From: an uncultured Actinomycetes bacterium
Lineage (GTDB): Bacteria > Actinomycetota > Thermoleophilia > Solirubrobacterales > Solirubrobacteraceae
NCBI GenBank assembly: GCA_963721255.1
Contig: CAVRIM010000004.1
Coordinates: 81,190-145,189, forward strand
Direction of reading: 5' to 3'
DNA length: 64,000 nt
Shown here: piece by piece, positions 10,428 through 21,962 of the stretch
How positions within the stretch are numbered: position 1 is the first letter of the stretch
Layout: the number at the start of each line of letters is the position of its first letter
Position numbers and translations under genes: made by a program
Notes under the pieces: model-generated
The model's database searches: none
The model's input: the letters and a program-made list of their open reading frames with translations, nothing else
What the model was told of the DNA's origin: nothing

Positions 10428-11615
10428 AGCGCCTGCTCGCGTTCGTCGTCCTGGCGATCGCACTATCACTCGGCGTCGCCGCATGTGGCGGCAGTGACAA
10501 CAACAGCAGCAGCTCGAGCTCGGGTGAGTTCAAGGTGCCGGACATCCCGGTCGTGAACTCGATCGGAGCAGGCGAGGGCAAGCTGAACATCGTCGTCTGG
10601 CCGGGGTATGCCGAGGACGGATCGACCGACAAGAGCGTCGACTGGGTGACGCCGTTCGAGCAGGAGAGCCAGTGCCAGGTGAACGCGAAGGTCGCGAGCA
10701 CCTCGGACGAGATGGTCACGCTCATGCGCACCGGCCAGTACGACGGCGTGTCCGCGTCCGGCAACGCCTCCGTGCGCATGATCGCCGGCGGCGACGTCGC
10801 CCCGATCAACACGAAGCATCCTCACGAACTACCCCGACATCGCACCGTTCCTGAAGAACCAGCCGTACAACTCGGTGAACGGCCAGATGTACGGCGCGCC
10901 GCACGGCTGGGGCGCGAACCTGCTGGCGTACAACACGAAGGACGTGACGCCGGCGCCGACGAGCTGGAGCGTGATCTACGACCCGAAGTACAAGGGCAAG
11001 GTCACGATCTACGACGATCCGATCACGATCGCCGACGCCGCGCTCTACCTCAAGGCGACGCAGCCGGACCTGAAGATCAACAACGTCTACGAGCTCGACC
11101 AGAAGCAGTTCGACGCCGCGGTCGCGCTGCTGAAGAAGCAGCGTCCGCTGATCGGGCAGTTCTGGGCCGACGTGACCAAGCAGCAGCAGGGCTTCACGCA
11201 GGGCGACCTGCAGGTCGGGTCGATCTGGCAGTACACCGCCAACCTGCTGACCGCCGACAAGCAGCCGGTCAAGACGACCGTGCCGAACGAGGGCGCGACG
11301 GGCTGGTCGGACACCTGGATGCTGTCCTCCAAGGCCGCGCATCCCAACTGCATGCTCAAGTGGATGAACTACATCCAGACCCCGAAGGTGCAGGCGCAGG
11401 TGGCGGAGTGGTTCGGCGAGGCGCCGGCCAACCTCAAGGCCTGCGACGTGACCTCGGACAAGACCCACTGCGACACGTTCAGCGCCAAGGACAAGGCGTT
11501 CTACGACAAGGTCGCGTTCTGGGCGACGCCGACGCGCAACTGCCGCGACGACCGCGGCAACGTCTGCGTGGACTACTCCAAGTGGGTCCAGGCCTGGACC
11601 GAGATCAAGGGCTGA
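10424..11615 (+). CDS. ABC transporter substrate-binding lipoprotein (PotD/PotF-like), frame interrupted once (~10817)
   Basis: MKRLLAFVVLAIALSLGVAACGGS (lipobox)...KLNIVVWPGYAEDG...DVAPINTK, then ORF 10875-11615 and its upstream extension (LTNYPDIAPFLKNQPYNSVNGQMYGAPHGWGANLLAYN...). Confidence 0.82.
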
Positions 11616-11647
11616 CCGCGGCGGCGCGGGCGGAGACCTAGGGACGC

Positions 11648-12552
11648 GTGTCCGCCCAGCCCGCACCCGCGCCTGACAAGGGCCCGGCGAGCCATCAGAC
11701 CGCTCGCCGGGCTCTTCTGGCGCATCCGCAGCCTCCAGGTCGGGTCGCTGCTGGCCGCTGCCGCTGGGCTGGCTGGGGATCGTCTACCTCGGCTCGCTCG
11801 TCGTCCTGCTGATCACGGCGTTCTGGACGCTGAACGACTTCACGGGCCTGATCGTCAAGGGGTTCAGCCTCGACAACTTCAAGCTGATCTTCACCGAGCC
11901 GGTGTACCGCAGGATCGTCCTGCGGACGGTGTCGCTGGCGGCGCTCGTCACCGTCACCGACATCCTGCTGGCGTTCCCGATCGCGTTCTTCATGGCGCGC
12001 GTCGTGGGCGCGCGGACGAAGGGCCTGCTCGTCGTCGCGGTGCTGATGCCGCTGTGGGCGAGCTACCTCGTGAAGGTCTACTCGTGGCGCACGATGCTGT
12101 CCACGAACGGCGTCATCAACTGGTTCCTCGATCCGCTCGGCCTGCACGTGCCGACGTCCGGCTACATCCGCGTGTGGATCGTGATGGCGTACCTCTGGCT
12201 GCCGTACATGATCCTGCCGCTGTACGCGGGCCTCGAGCGGATCCAGGACTCGCTGCTCGACGCCTCCGGCGACCTCGGCGCGCGCCCGTGGCGCACGTTC
12301 CGCAGCGTCGTCCTGCCGCTCGCGCTGCCGGCGATCGTCGCCGGCTCGATCTTCACCTTCTCGCTGACGCTCGGCGACTACATCACGCCGCAGCTCGTCT
12401 CGAACACGCAGTTCATCGGCAACGTCGTCTACGCCAACGTCGGCATCGCGAACAACCTGCCGCTCGCGTCCGCGTTCGCGACGGTGCCGATCGTGATCAT
12501 GCTCGTGTACCTCCTGATCGCGCGCCGGCTCGGCGCGTTCGAGGCACTCTGA
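11648..12552 (+). CDS. ABC transporter permease (PotB-like), 5' part interrupted about twice (~11690, ~11755)
   Basis: ORF 11902-12552 and its upstream in-frame extension (LPLGWLGIVYLGSLVVLLITAFWTLNDFTG...), with the EAA-type loop LLDASGDLGARPWRTFRSVVLPLALPAI. The extreme N-terminus (RPLAGLFWRIRSLQVGSLLA) lies in another frame. The start (GTG 11648) is uncertain. Confidence 0.75.
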
Positions 12553-13386
12553 TGCCCGTCTCCGGCGGCACGCGGTGGATCCTGCGGATCGGCTCGGCGA
12601 TCACGCTGGCCTTCCTCTACCTGCCGCTGATCGTGATCGCGATCTACGCGTTCAACCCGACGCGCTCGCAGGCGTGGCCGACCGACGGCTTCTCGACGAA
12701 GTGGTTCAGCGAGGCGTTCAACAACCCGGGCGCGCGCGACGCGCTGTGGACGAGCGTGCGAGGTCGGCTTCGCGGCGATGGTGCTCGCGCTGATCCTCGG
12801 CACGCTCGCCGCGTATGCGCTCGCGCGCTACGACTTCTTCGGCAAGGAGTCGATCTCGTTCCTCGTCATCCTGCCGATCGCGCTGCCCGGCATCGTCACC
12901 GGCATGGCGCTGAACGCGACGTTCACGCAGATCCTGCACGTGAACCTCGCGATCTGGACCGTCGTCGTCGCGCACGTGACGTTCTGCATCGTCGTCGTGT
13001 TCAACAACGTCGTCGCGCGGCTGCGGCGAACGCCGGCCTCGCTCGAGGAGGCGGGCGCCGACCTCGGCGCCGTGCCCGCGCGCACGTTCCGCGACATCAC
13101 GTTCCCGCAGATGCGCTCGGCGCTGATCGCCGGCGCGCTGCTCGCGTTCGCGCTGAGCTTCGACGAGGTGATCGTCACGACGTTCACCGCGGGCAGCACC
13201 GAGACGCTGCCGATCTGGATCCTCTCGAACCTGTCGCGGCCGAATCAGCTGCCGATCGTGAACGTCGTCGCGGTCGTCGTCGTCGTGCTCTCGATCATCC
13301 CCGTCTACATCGCGCAGCGGCTGTCGAACGATCCGGTCACCGCGGCCGGGACCGTGCACGACGTCCCGGCCGAGCCCGGGATCTGA
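12552..13386 (+). CDS. ABC transporter permease (PotC-like), frame interrupted once (~12757)
   Basis: ATG 12552 overlaps the previous stop. MPVSGGTRWILRIGSAITLAFLYLPLIVIAIYAFNP...ALWTSV, then ORF 12778-13386 (VGFAAMVLALILGTLAAYALARYDF...LEEAGADLGAVPARTFRDITFPQMRSAL). Confidence 0.82.
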
Positions 13387-13390
13387 CCGT

Positions 13391-15305
13391 TCAGACGGTG
13401 CGCAGAGCCTCGGTCGGGGAGAGCCGCGACGCACGCACCGACGGGTAGAGGCCGGCGATCGCGCCGATCAGCAGCGCCGCCACCATGCCCCCGACGATCG
13501 CGAGGATCGGGACCACGGTCGGCTGCCCCTGCGCGGTCGAGTAGATCGCGGTGACGACTGCTCCGAGCGCGGCGCCCACGGCCCCGCCGATCGCTGCGAG
13601 CAGGAGCGACTCGGTCAGGAACTGCGCGGAGATGTGGCGCCTGGTCGCGCCGAGCGCACGGCGCAGGCCGATCTCCGACCTGCGCTCCAGCACCGAGATG
13701 ACCATGACGTTGGCGATGCCGACGCCGCCGACGAGCAGCGCGACGGCGCCGAGCCCGAGCAGCAGTGAGGTGAACGCGCCCTTGGCGGCGGCCTTGGCCT
13801 CGAGCGCGTCCGAGGGGCGGCTGACCTGCACCTCCTCGGGGTGCTCGGGGTTGACGGTGCCGGGAATCAGCTCGCGCACGGACGCGAGGTCGCCGTCGGC
13901 GGTCCGCACGTACTGGCTCGAGGGATGTGCCTCGGTGCCGAATGCACGCGCGCGCCTGCGGCAGGCCGATCAGCGCCGCACGATCGATCGAGGTGGCGAG
14001 CGTGACCGACTTCAGGATTCCGACGACCGTGTAGTACTGCCCGCCGATGTAGATCGCGGGGCTGCTCTTGACGGACGTGATGCCCAGGCGCTGCGCGGCG
14101 ACGGAGCCCAGCACGACGGTCGGATATCGCGCCTCGGCGCTCGTCAGGAAGTGCCCACTCGCCAGCTCGGCGCTGAGCGTGACCGGAAGGTTGAGATCGG
14201 TCGCGTCGACGCTGAGACCGCTCGTGTCGTTCTCGTCGACGAGGGCGTTTCGGCGCGCGGTCGCCCCGGTGACCGTGTAGACCGCGGAGGTGTCGTCAAC
14301 GCCGCGCATCGACGCGATCTTGACCCCCGTCGTCTTGGGCAGCTCGGCGCTGCTGCCGAGGAACGACTGGCCGGCCTGGACGGTCAGCAGGTTCGTGCCG
14401 AGCTTGTCGATCGTGCTCAGCAGATCGGCCTGCGAGGAAGCCGAGATACCGAGCACGGCGACCATCGAGGCGATGCCGATCGCCACGCCGACGGCCGAGA
14501 GCGCCGCGCGGAGCTTGCGGGTACGCAGGCCGACCGACCCGACGGCGAACAGGTCGGAGCCGAGCAGCCGGCTCGGGAGGAGCACCGGCGGGCTCATGCC
14601 GCGACCGGATCGTAGATCGGCGCTGTCGTCGACGATCTCGCCATCGCGGACCTGCACCTGGCGGGGGAGGGCATCGGCCAGGTCGCGATCGTGGGTGATG
14701 ATCACCAGGGTCGCGCCGTCGCCGTTGAGCTCACGCAGCAGCTCGATGATCTCGCGACCGGTCCTGCTGTCGAGCGCACCGGTCGGCTCGTCTGCGAAGA
14801 CGATGGCCGGGCTGCCGACGATCGCACGCGCGATCGCCGTGCGCTGCTTCTCGCCGCCGGAGAGCTGATTGGGCTCGTGGTCGAGGCGGTGGCCCAGGCC
14901 GACGCGCACCAGTGCTTCGCGTGCGCGCTCGCGGCGCTCGCCGAGATGAACGCCGTTGTACAGCAGGCCACCGGCGACGTTGTCGACCGCGCTCATGCCG
15001 TCCAGCAGGTAGAACTGCTGGAAGACGAAGCCCATGCGGTGTGCGCGAAGCGCAGACAGCTCGTTGTCCGTGGCCGTGGAGGCGTCGTAGCCGTCGACCA
15101 TCACGTCGCCCTCGGTGGGGCGGTCCAGGGTGCCCATGATCTGCAGCATCGTGGTCTTGCCGGAGCCCGAGGGCCCGACGATGGCGGCCAGGCCGCCACG
15201 CTCGATCGCGAGGTCGACCCCCTTGAGCGCCTCGACACCGCCGGGGTAGCGCTTGCTGACGCCGCGCAGCTCGAGCGCGTGACCATCCTCGGTATGGAAC
15301 ATCAC
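13391..15305 (-). CDS. MacB-type fused ABC ATPase/FtsX permease, frame interrupted once (~13943)
   Basis: ORF 13305-15305. [34 protein letters not shown], then a periplasmic domain with no stop in between. ORF 13391-13909 supplies the FtsX C-terminus ([30 protein letters not shown]). The frames join at ...[25 protein letters not shown], in a gcgcgcgcg run. Confidence 0.85.
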
Positions 15306-16934
15306 TGCACCGCAGCGTTCGTCACGGTCATTCCGGGCTCGAGGCCCTCGCCGTTGATCTCGACGTAGCCGCTCGTGTAACTCCCCGGCGTGACCTTCAC
15401 AAGCCGGTGCTTGCCGTTCTCGACGACCTCGACGGCAAACGTGCCGCCCGGCTGCGCGAGCAACGCCGTGACGGGGATCGCGAGCACGTCCTTGGCGCGG
15501 CTCTGCTCGAACGTGACGACCACCGGTGCCTGGTCGAGCGCGGTCCCGCGGGAGAACAGGCTGATCGTCACCGGGATCGTCGCCTTCGTGCTCGTCGACG
15601 AACTGTCGGTCGACGAGGAGCTCTCCTTCGTCGCGACCTTCCCGACGTCGGTGATCCGCCCGTGGACGCTCTTCCCGGACGGGAGCTCCACACTCACGCG
15701 CGCGCCGACCTTTGCCAGCGTCGACTTCGTGGTCTCAAGGTCAACGGTCACGACCTTCCGGGTGGAGGTCGTGGTGAGGACGGTGTTCGCCGGTGACGAC
15801 GCGGCGGTCGAGCTCGCGCCGCTGCTGCCGCCGCCACCGCTGCCGCCGCCACCGCCGGCGCTCGCCGCGGCCGGCCGACGGCGCCGCGGCTCCCGACCGG
15901 CTGCTCGTTGTCTGCTGCGGCGCAGATGCCTTGCCGCCCTTGGAGGGCTGCTGGTTCGTGCCGCCGCCCGCGGTCCCGGACCCGGTGCTCGGTGTGCCCG
16001 AGGTCGTCGGCGTCCCCGACGACGTCGGCGTCCCGGAACTCGTCGACGGCGTGGTCGTCGTGGCCTGCGCCGCGTGCGCCCGCGCATCGCCCGTGTAGAC
16101 CGCTGAGACCAGCGTGGCGCTCCCGGTGGAAGCCGGGTGATAGGCAGCGGTGACCGTCGTGCCACGCGCTGCGACGTCCGGTCGAGGCGCTGGCCGTCGC
16201 GGCACCCGTGGATCCGGCCGACGTCTGGGCGGACGCGCCCGAGCTGCTGCTGGAGCCTCCGAGCGACGACCTTGACCGATGCGACACGACGCGTGTGGGA
16301 CTGGAAGACGATGCGTCCGAGCTCGATGACGCCGTCCTCGGTGAGCCCGTGGGCACTCTGCCAGCGCTCGACCGCCGCTGTGGTCGCGGATGTCCAGTCG
16401 CCGTCGACCTTCATGTTCTTGTCGGGGTCGTAGCCCAGTGCGCGCAGGTCGTGCTCGAGCTGGGCGACGTCCGTCCCCGAGGAACTGGAGGAGCTGCTGA
16501 GCGTCCGCCACGCCGGGCGCGTCCCGTTCATCAGGATCACCGGCGTTGCATCAACCTTGTACAGCGCGTGGTCCGGGTGTACGACGGCGCCCTCGGCCGG
16601 GACCCAGGTGACCGTCCCGGTGAGGTGATTGATGACGTCCTGTGAGTCGGCGTACCCGAGCGTCCCGGTCTCGCTGTCGGTCTCGACGAGGTCCTGGCGC
16701 TTGATCTGCGTGGTCGCCACGGACGTGCTCGCTGAGTCGCCCGACGCGCTGCTCGATCCCCCACCCGAGGTCGCGACGACGATCGCCGACGCACGCCACG
16801 ACCGCGACGACGACGGCCGCCGCGACACCGCGGCGGCTGAGTCGTGGCCGCCGGGAGGCGACGTCCTCAGCGCCGGCCGTCGACGCGGCGTGCTCCCGGT
16901 CAGCCGCGGCCTCCTGCTCATCCTGGATCGCCAT
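15302..16934 (-). CDS. efflux periplasmic adaptor (MacA/HlyD-like) with peptidoglycan-binding domain and long Ser/Thr/Gly linker, frame interrupted about 4 times
   Basis: Start is in ORF 16551-16934 (MAIQDEQ...[19 protein letters not shown]). The ORF 15302-16921 frame gives [21 protein letters not shown]...[17 protein letters not shown]...[19 protein letters not shown] (PG_binding-like), and the C-terminus [10 protein letters not shown]...[53 protein letters not shown]. The S/T/G-rich middle is spread over ORFs 15748-16356 and 15741-16511. Breaks are at ~16795, ~16265, ~16170 and ~15865. Confidence 0.75.
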
Positions 16935-16936
16935 GA

Positions 16937-17460
16937 TCAGCTTCCGCCGCCGCCGCCGGGGCCGCCAGGGCCGCCCTGGCCGCGCTGCGGAAGCTTGTCC
17001 TGGCAGGCCTTCGTCGCGGCCTGGACCTTCGGGTCGCTCTGATCGAGCCGGCCACCGGCCGGCGGGCCGCTACCGGACCCCGGGTCCGGGACGTCGACGC
17101 CGTTCTGGCGCATGCACGCCGAGAACTTCGCAAACGCGTCCTGGAACTCCTGCCGCTGCGCGTCGCTGATGTTGCCGACCGCCGCCTGTTGGTACTTCTG
17201 GCAGGCCTTCGCAGCAGCCTGGAGCTTCGTGCGATCGATGTTCGGCCTGCCGCCCCGCCGCCCTGCCCGGGGTTGTCCGGGATGTCGACGCCGTTGTCGC
17301 GCATGCACTGCGTGAACTTCACGCGTGCGGCGTCCTGCGAGGTCGTGCTCGCGGTGGCTGATGAGGACGACGAGGAGGAACCGCATCCGGTCGCAACCAG
17401 GGCGATGAGAGCCGACATGAGGGCCAGGGCGGTCACCCGGCGAGAGATGGAGAAGGACAT
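16937..17460 (-). CDS. secreted lipoprotein with duplicated F-x2-CMR-x-NGVD-x-PD motif, frame interrupted once (~17250)
   Basis: ATG 17458-17460 gives MSFSISRRVTALALMSALIALVATGCGSSS...VKFTQCMRDNGVDIPDNPGQGG (ORF 16918-17487). It continues in the frame of ORF 16937-17572 (IDRTKLQAAAKACQKYQ...FAKFSACMRQNGVDVPDPGSG...KVQAATKACQDKLPQRGQGG). First gene of the MacAB operon. Confidence 0.65.
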
Positions 17461-17706
17461 GACCGCCAGGGTGCAGCCGCAACCCAAGGATCCCGTCAGC
17501 GCAGACGAAGAGTTGTCGAAGAAGCCGCGCGTCCCGCTGCCCGACAGTGGACGCTCTTACGCAGTCCTTCATCGCAGCACACGTGACTCTTCGGGTCAGC
17601 GGATCTGATGTCGGGTGCGCCAGCTCTCGGCAGTCGGCTTCGACTCGGTGGGGCGCCGAACCTCATGAACGCTCGAACGACCTCGCGACCTGGGAGCATC
17701 GACGCG

Positions 17707-18387
17707 GTGAGGATCCTCGTGGTCGACGACGAGCCCGCGGTGCGCAGCGCGCTGGACCGCGCGCTGCGCCTCGAGCACTACGACGTGCGGCTCGCGGGCG
17801 ACGGCGCCGACGCGCTCGCCCAGCTCGCCGAGCTTCCAGCCGATGCGATCGTCCTCGACCTCGCGATGCCGGGGATCGACGGGCTCGAGGTCTGCCGGCG
17901 CCTGCGCGAGGCCGGGGATCGCACCCCGGTGCTGATGCTGACCGCGCGCGAGACGGTCGACGACCGCGTCGCCGGACTCGACGCGGGCGCCGATGACTAC
18001 CTCGTCAAGCCGTTCGCCCTGCGCGAGCTCCACGCGCGGCTGCGCGCCCTGCTGCGGCGCACCGACGAGCCGGGCCCCGGGCAGGGAGTACTGCGGTTCG
18101 CGGACCTTTCCCTCGATCCCTCGACGCGCGAGGTCCATCGGGGCGAGCGGCTCGTCGAGTTGACGCGCACCGAGTTCGAGCTGCTCAGCCTGTTCCTCGA
18201 GCACCCCCGCCAGGTCCTCACGCGGTCGCAGATCTTCGAGCAGGTGTGGGGCTACGACTTCGGCGCGACGTCGAACGCGCTCGGCGTCTACGTGGGCTAC
18301 CTGCGCCGCAAGACCGAGGCCGGCGGCGAGCCGCGGCTGCTCCACACGGTCCGCGGTGTCGGCTACGCGCTGCGGGAAGCGCGCTAG
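17707..18387 (+). CDS. OmpR-family two-component response regulator
   Basis: ORF 17608-18387. [16 protein letters not shown]...[11 protein letters not shown]...ADDYLVKPF..., with winged helix [22 protein letters not shown]...[12 protein letters not shown] 17707 has GGGAG about 10 nt upstream. ATG 17665 is an alternative start. Confidence 0.9.
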   Translation: MRILVVDDEPAVRSALDRALRLEHYDVRLAGDGADALAQLAELPADAIVLDLAMPGIDGLEVCRRLREAGDRTPVLMLTARETVDDRVAGLDAGADDYLVKPFALRELHARLRALLRRTDEPGPGQGVLRFADLSLDPSTREVHRGERLVELTRTEFELLSLFLEHPRQVLTRSQIFEQVWGYDFGATSNALGVYVGYLRRKTEAGGEPRLLHTVRGVGYALREAR

Positions 18388-19777
18388 TTGCCGCTGCGCC
18401 GCCGCATCGGGTTGCTGACCGCGCTGGCCGTGGGAATCACCGTGCTCGTCGCGGGCGTGATCACGTACGTCGTCGTGCGTGCCGAGCTGCGCGGCCAGGT
18501 CGACGACGCGCTCACGGCGCAGGCGGACCGCGCCCGCGACGTCGCTCGCACGCCTCCGGGATTCCGCGGCCCTCCGCCGAGCGGGAGCACGACCGTGCCG
18601 CTGCCGCCGCCGTCGGTGGGCGCGCCCACGGCGATCCAGATCATCGAGGCCGGCGGCCCCGTCGTGCGCCTGCCGACGTCCCAGGTCGAGGTGCCCGTCA
18701 CCGCCGGCGACCGTGCCGTCGCGACCGGCTCGCGCGCGTTCTTCAGCGAGCGCGTCGCCGGCGGCACCCAGCTCCGCGTCTACACGTTCAGCCCCCGCCC
18801 CGGCGTCGCCGTCCAGCTCGCACGGTCACTGGACGGCACGAACAACGTGCTGAAGCGCCTGCGGCTCGTGCTCGCGGCGGCGCTGCTGCTCGCGGTCGCC
18901 GCGGGCGGCCTCCTCGGCCGGCTCTTCGCCAACCGGGCCCTGCGCCCGGTCGCCGACCTGACCGACGCCGTCGAGCACGTCGAGCTGACCGGCGACCTGT
19001 CCCCGCGGATCGCGGTCGACGAGCGCGGCGAGCGCGACGAGGTCGGGCGCCTGGCCGGGCGCTTCAACGCGATGCTCGGCCGGCTGCAGACCTCACGGGC
19101 GGAGCTCGACGCCTCCGTCGAGTCCCAGCGCCGGCTCGTCGCGGACGCCTCGCACGAGCTGCGCACGCCCGTGACGAGCATGCGCACGAACGCCGAGGTG
19201 CTGCGCGCGCAGCCGGACCTTCCGGCCGCCCAGCGCGGCGAGATCCTCGACGACGTGGTGGCCCAGGCGGATGAGCTCGGGCTGCTGGTCGCCGACCTGA
19301 TCGCGCTCGCCCGCGACGGCGAGCCGCCGAACGCCGCCGAGCGCGAGGACGTGCGCCTCGACGAGCTCGTCGCGGAGGCCGTCACGCGGGCACGCCGCCA
19401 CGCGCCGGGGCGGGAGATCGCGCTCGACGCGCAACCCGTCGTCGTCGAGGCGCACCGCGAGCGCCTCGGCCGCGCCGTGAACAACCTGCTCGACAACGCC
19501 GTCAAGCACGGGCCGGACAGCGGCGCCGTCGAGGTGCGCGTCACCGCCGACGGGCACGGTCACCGTCCGCGACCACGGCCCGGGCATCGCGGAAGGCGAT
19601 CGCGAGCACGTCTTCGACCGCTTCTGGCGCGGGCCCGAGGCGCGTGCGCGGCCCGGCTCGGGCCTCGGCCTGGCGATCGTGCGGCAGGTCGCGGAGAGTC
19701 ACGGCGGGTCGGTCACCGTCGAGGCGGCGCCGGGCGGCGGCGCGCTGTTCCGGCTGTCGCTGCCGGTCGCTGCCTGA
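18388..19777 (+). CDS. sensor histidine kinase (HAMP-HisKA-HATPase), frame interrupted once (~19553)
   Basis: First 390 aa of the 987-aa ORF 18388-21351. Two TM segments, HAMP, and H-box ADASHELRTPVTSM, NLLDNAVKHG. After one extra c (gacgggCacg) the third frame gives TVTVRDHGPGIAEGDREHVFDRFWRG...GSGLGLAIVRQVAESHGGSV...LSLPVAA*, with the stop at 19775-19777. TTG start directly follows the RR stop. Confidence 0.88.
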
Positions 19778-20061
19778 GCCACGGCGCCGGGCGCGCCGAT
19801 CAGCTCCAGCAGCTCGCCGATCCCGTGGTGCTGCTCGAGCGGATGGCGCAGCGGCAGCTCGCCGTGCACCTCGTAGTGGTTGCGGCGCCCCTCGCGCCGG
19901 CGGCTGATGTAGCCGGTCTCGACGAGCTCGGCGACGATCCGCTGCGCGGCGCGCTCGGTGATGTCCACCTCGGTCGCGACGTCGCGCAGGCGGATCCCCG
20001 GGTCGCGCGCGATGCACAGCAGCACGTGGGCGTGGTTCGTGAGGAAGGTCCAGGAGCTCAT
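19699..20061 (-). CDS. winged-helix (ArsR/MarR-like) transcriptional regulator
   Basis: ORF 19699-20061. FLTNHAHVLLCIARDPGIRLRDVATEVDITERAAQRIVAELVETGYISRRREGRRNHYEV. Its 3' end overlaps the kinase 3' end by about 79 nt. Confidence 0.7.
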   Translation of the reverse strand: MSSWTFLTNHAHVLLCIARDPGIRLRDVATEVDITERAAQRIVAELVETGYISRRREGRRNHYEVHGELPLRHPLEQHHGIGELLELIGAPGAVAQAATGSDSRNSAPPPGAASTVTDPP

Positions 20062-20121
20062 GCGGCGCCTTGCGTCGTGCGCGGAGCGTATCCCGATTCG
20101 CGTAGCGCGATAGACGAAAAG

Positions 20122-20508
20122 TCAGTCGCGTGCCGGTTGCGGCTCGAGCCTCACCGTGACGGCGTCCGCCGTCTCGTGAAGCTCGGCGACCGCCTCGCGC
20201 CGCCGGCCCGCCAGCGTCACGCCCACGCGCGTGCCCGGCTCGCGCAGGTTGCGCCACCAGAGCTTGCGCTCCGGCCAGCCGACGGTCACCAGCAGCGCCT
20301 CGCCGTCACGCTCGTACTGCACCGGGATCGTGTACTGCGCACCGCTGCGGCGGCCGGTGTACGTGACCAGCAGCAGCCTGCCGCTGAGCAGCCGGTGCGC
20401 CGGCGAGCGCAGCACCGCACGGACCAGGGGGTTGGGCGCGTGGAACAGCAGCCGCTGGGCCGCCGTGCGGCGGAACGCGAGCGGTTGCGGCGACGGTTCG
20501 CTGAGCAT
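20122..20508 (-). CDS. deazaflavin(F420)-dependent nitroreductase-family protein (DUF385-like)
   Basis: C-terminal 128 aa of ORF 20122-20928, from ATG 20506-20508. LLLVTYTGRRSGAQYTIPVQYERDGEALLVTVGWPERKLWWRNL. Confidence 0.65.
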   Translation of the reverse strand: MLSEPSPQPLAFRRTAAQRLLFHAPNPLVRAVLRSPAHRLLSGRLLLVTYTGRRSGAQYTIPVQYERDGEALLVTVGWPERKLWWRNLREPGTRVGVTLAGRRREAVAELHETADAVTVRLEPQPARD

Positions 20509-20620
20509 CAGGCCGCAGGCTACGCCTCGGCCCTGTCCGCCCGCGCCAGCGGCTATCGTCGCCCGCAATGCAGGATGCCCCGGCCGCGGCCGGTGACCCC
20601 CACTCCCCCGAGGCCGCGCG

Positions 20621-21962
20621 GTGACCGCGCTCGGGATCCTGGGTGTCCTGGCGCTCCTGCTGGCGAACGCCTTCTTCGTCGTCGCCGAGTACGCGCTGCT
20701 GACGGCCCCGCGCGCGCAGGTGGAGGAGCTGGCGCAGGACGGCAGCGGCGGCGCGCGCGCCGCGCTGCGGCTGCTCGACGATCCGGCGCGCTTCGTCGGC
20801 ACCGTGCAGATCGGCATCACCGCGCTGAGCATCGCGCTCGGCGCGGTCGGCGTTCCGGTCCTCAGCGACATCTTCGATCCGGTTGTCGCCGCGGGCATCT
20901 CGTTCGTGCTCGCGTTCGCGATCGTCACCTACCTCAGCGTCGTGCTCGGCGAGCTCGTGCCGAAGGCGATCGCGCTGCACCGCGCGGCGCGGGTCGCCGC
21001 GTTCGTCGCGCGGCCGATCGCCCTGCTGCAGCGCCTGTTCGCCCCGTTCGCCTGGGTGCTGCAGGGATCGGCCCGGCTGCTGCTGCGCCCGCTCGGCGTG
21101 CCCGCGGCCCCCGCCGGCGCGACCGTCCACACCGTCGACGAGCTGCGCGGCATCGTCGCCGAGGCCGAGGACTCGGGCCTGATCGAGGAGGCCGAGGAGG
21201 AGATGCTCTACCGCATCTTCGACTTCGCCGGCCAGGAGGTCGCCGACGTCATGGTGCCGTGGTCGGAGGTGGTCTCGCTGGACGCCTCGCTGACCGTCCG
21301 CGACGCGGTCGCGCGAGGCGCTCGAGGCGCCGCACAGCCGCTTCCCGGTGATCCGCTCGTCGATCGACGACGTCGCCGGCGTGCTCGCGCTGCGCGACCT
21401 GACGACGGCGCTGCACGCGGGCGACGAGCGCACGATCGAGCCGCTCGCACGCGAGCTGCTGGTCGTCCCCGAGACCAAGGACGTGGGCTCGCTGCTGCAG
21501 GAGCTGCGCAAGGGCGGCGCGCAGATGGCACTTGTCGTCGGGGAGTACGGGCGCACGATGGGCATCGTCACGCTCAACGATCTCGTCGAGGAGATCGTCG
21601 GCGAGATCGAGGAGGAGTACGGGCTGCCGGACGAGTCCGTCCGGGAGCTGCCCGACGGCCGCGTGCGCGTGTCCGGCACGTTCACGACCGACGACTTCAA
21701 CGAGACCTTCCACACCGCGCTGCCCACCGATGCCTACCGCACGCTCGGCGGCCTCGTGTTCGGCGAGCTCGGCCGCGCGCCGCGCCGCGGTGACGTCGTC
21801 ACGGTCGCGGACGTCGAGCTCGCGGTCGAGCAGATCGAAGGGCCGCGGATCGAGAAGCTGCTCGTGCTGCTGCCGCGGCGGCCGCGGACGACAGGCGCTC
21901 CTGATCAGGCGGTCGGCTCGGGCGGCTCGAAGGCGATCTCGCCCTCTTCCGAGCTGATGTAG
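20621..21962 (+). CDS. CNNM/HlyC-CorC family transporter (DUF21-CBS pair-CorC_HlyC), frame interrupted once (~21311)
   Basis: ORF 20621-21793 gives the N-terminus (LLANAFFVVAEYALLTA...QIGITALSIALGAVG...LGELVPKAIAL...EEEMLYRIFDFAGQEVADVMVP). ORF 21348-21962 and its extension give EALEAPHSRFPVIRSSIDDVAGVLALRDL...MALVVGEYGRTMGIVTLNDLVEEIVGEI. Confidence 0.85.

Noticed and set aside
13391-15305. Splitting the MacB region into separate ATPase and permease genes
   Set aside because: There is no stop codon between the ABC domain and the periplasmic/FtsX part in the 666-aa frame. The only discontinuity is the single frame break at ~13943, inside the permease.
18388-21351. 987-aa ORF suggesting a giant histidine kinase
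   Set aside because: After the HATPase N-box the frame degenerates into Arg-rich nonsense. A 1-nt shift at ~19553 restores the G1/G2 boxes and a stop at 19777. The rest is antisense to two minus-strand genes and out of frame to the CNNM gene.
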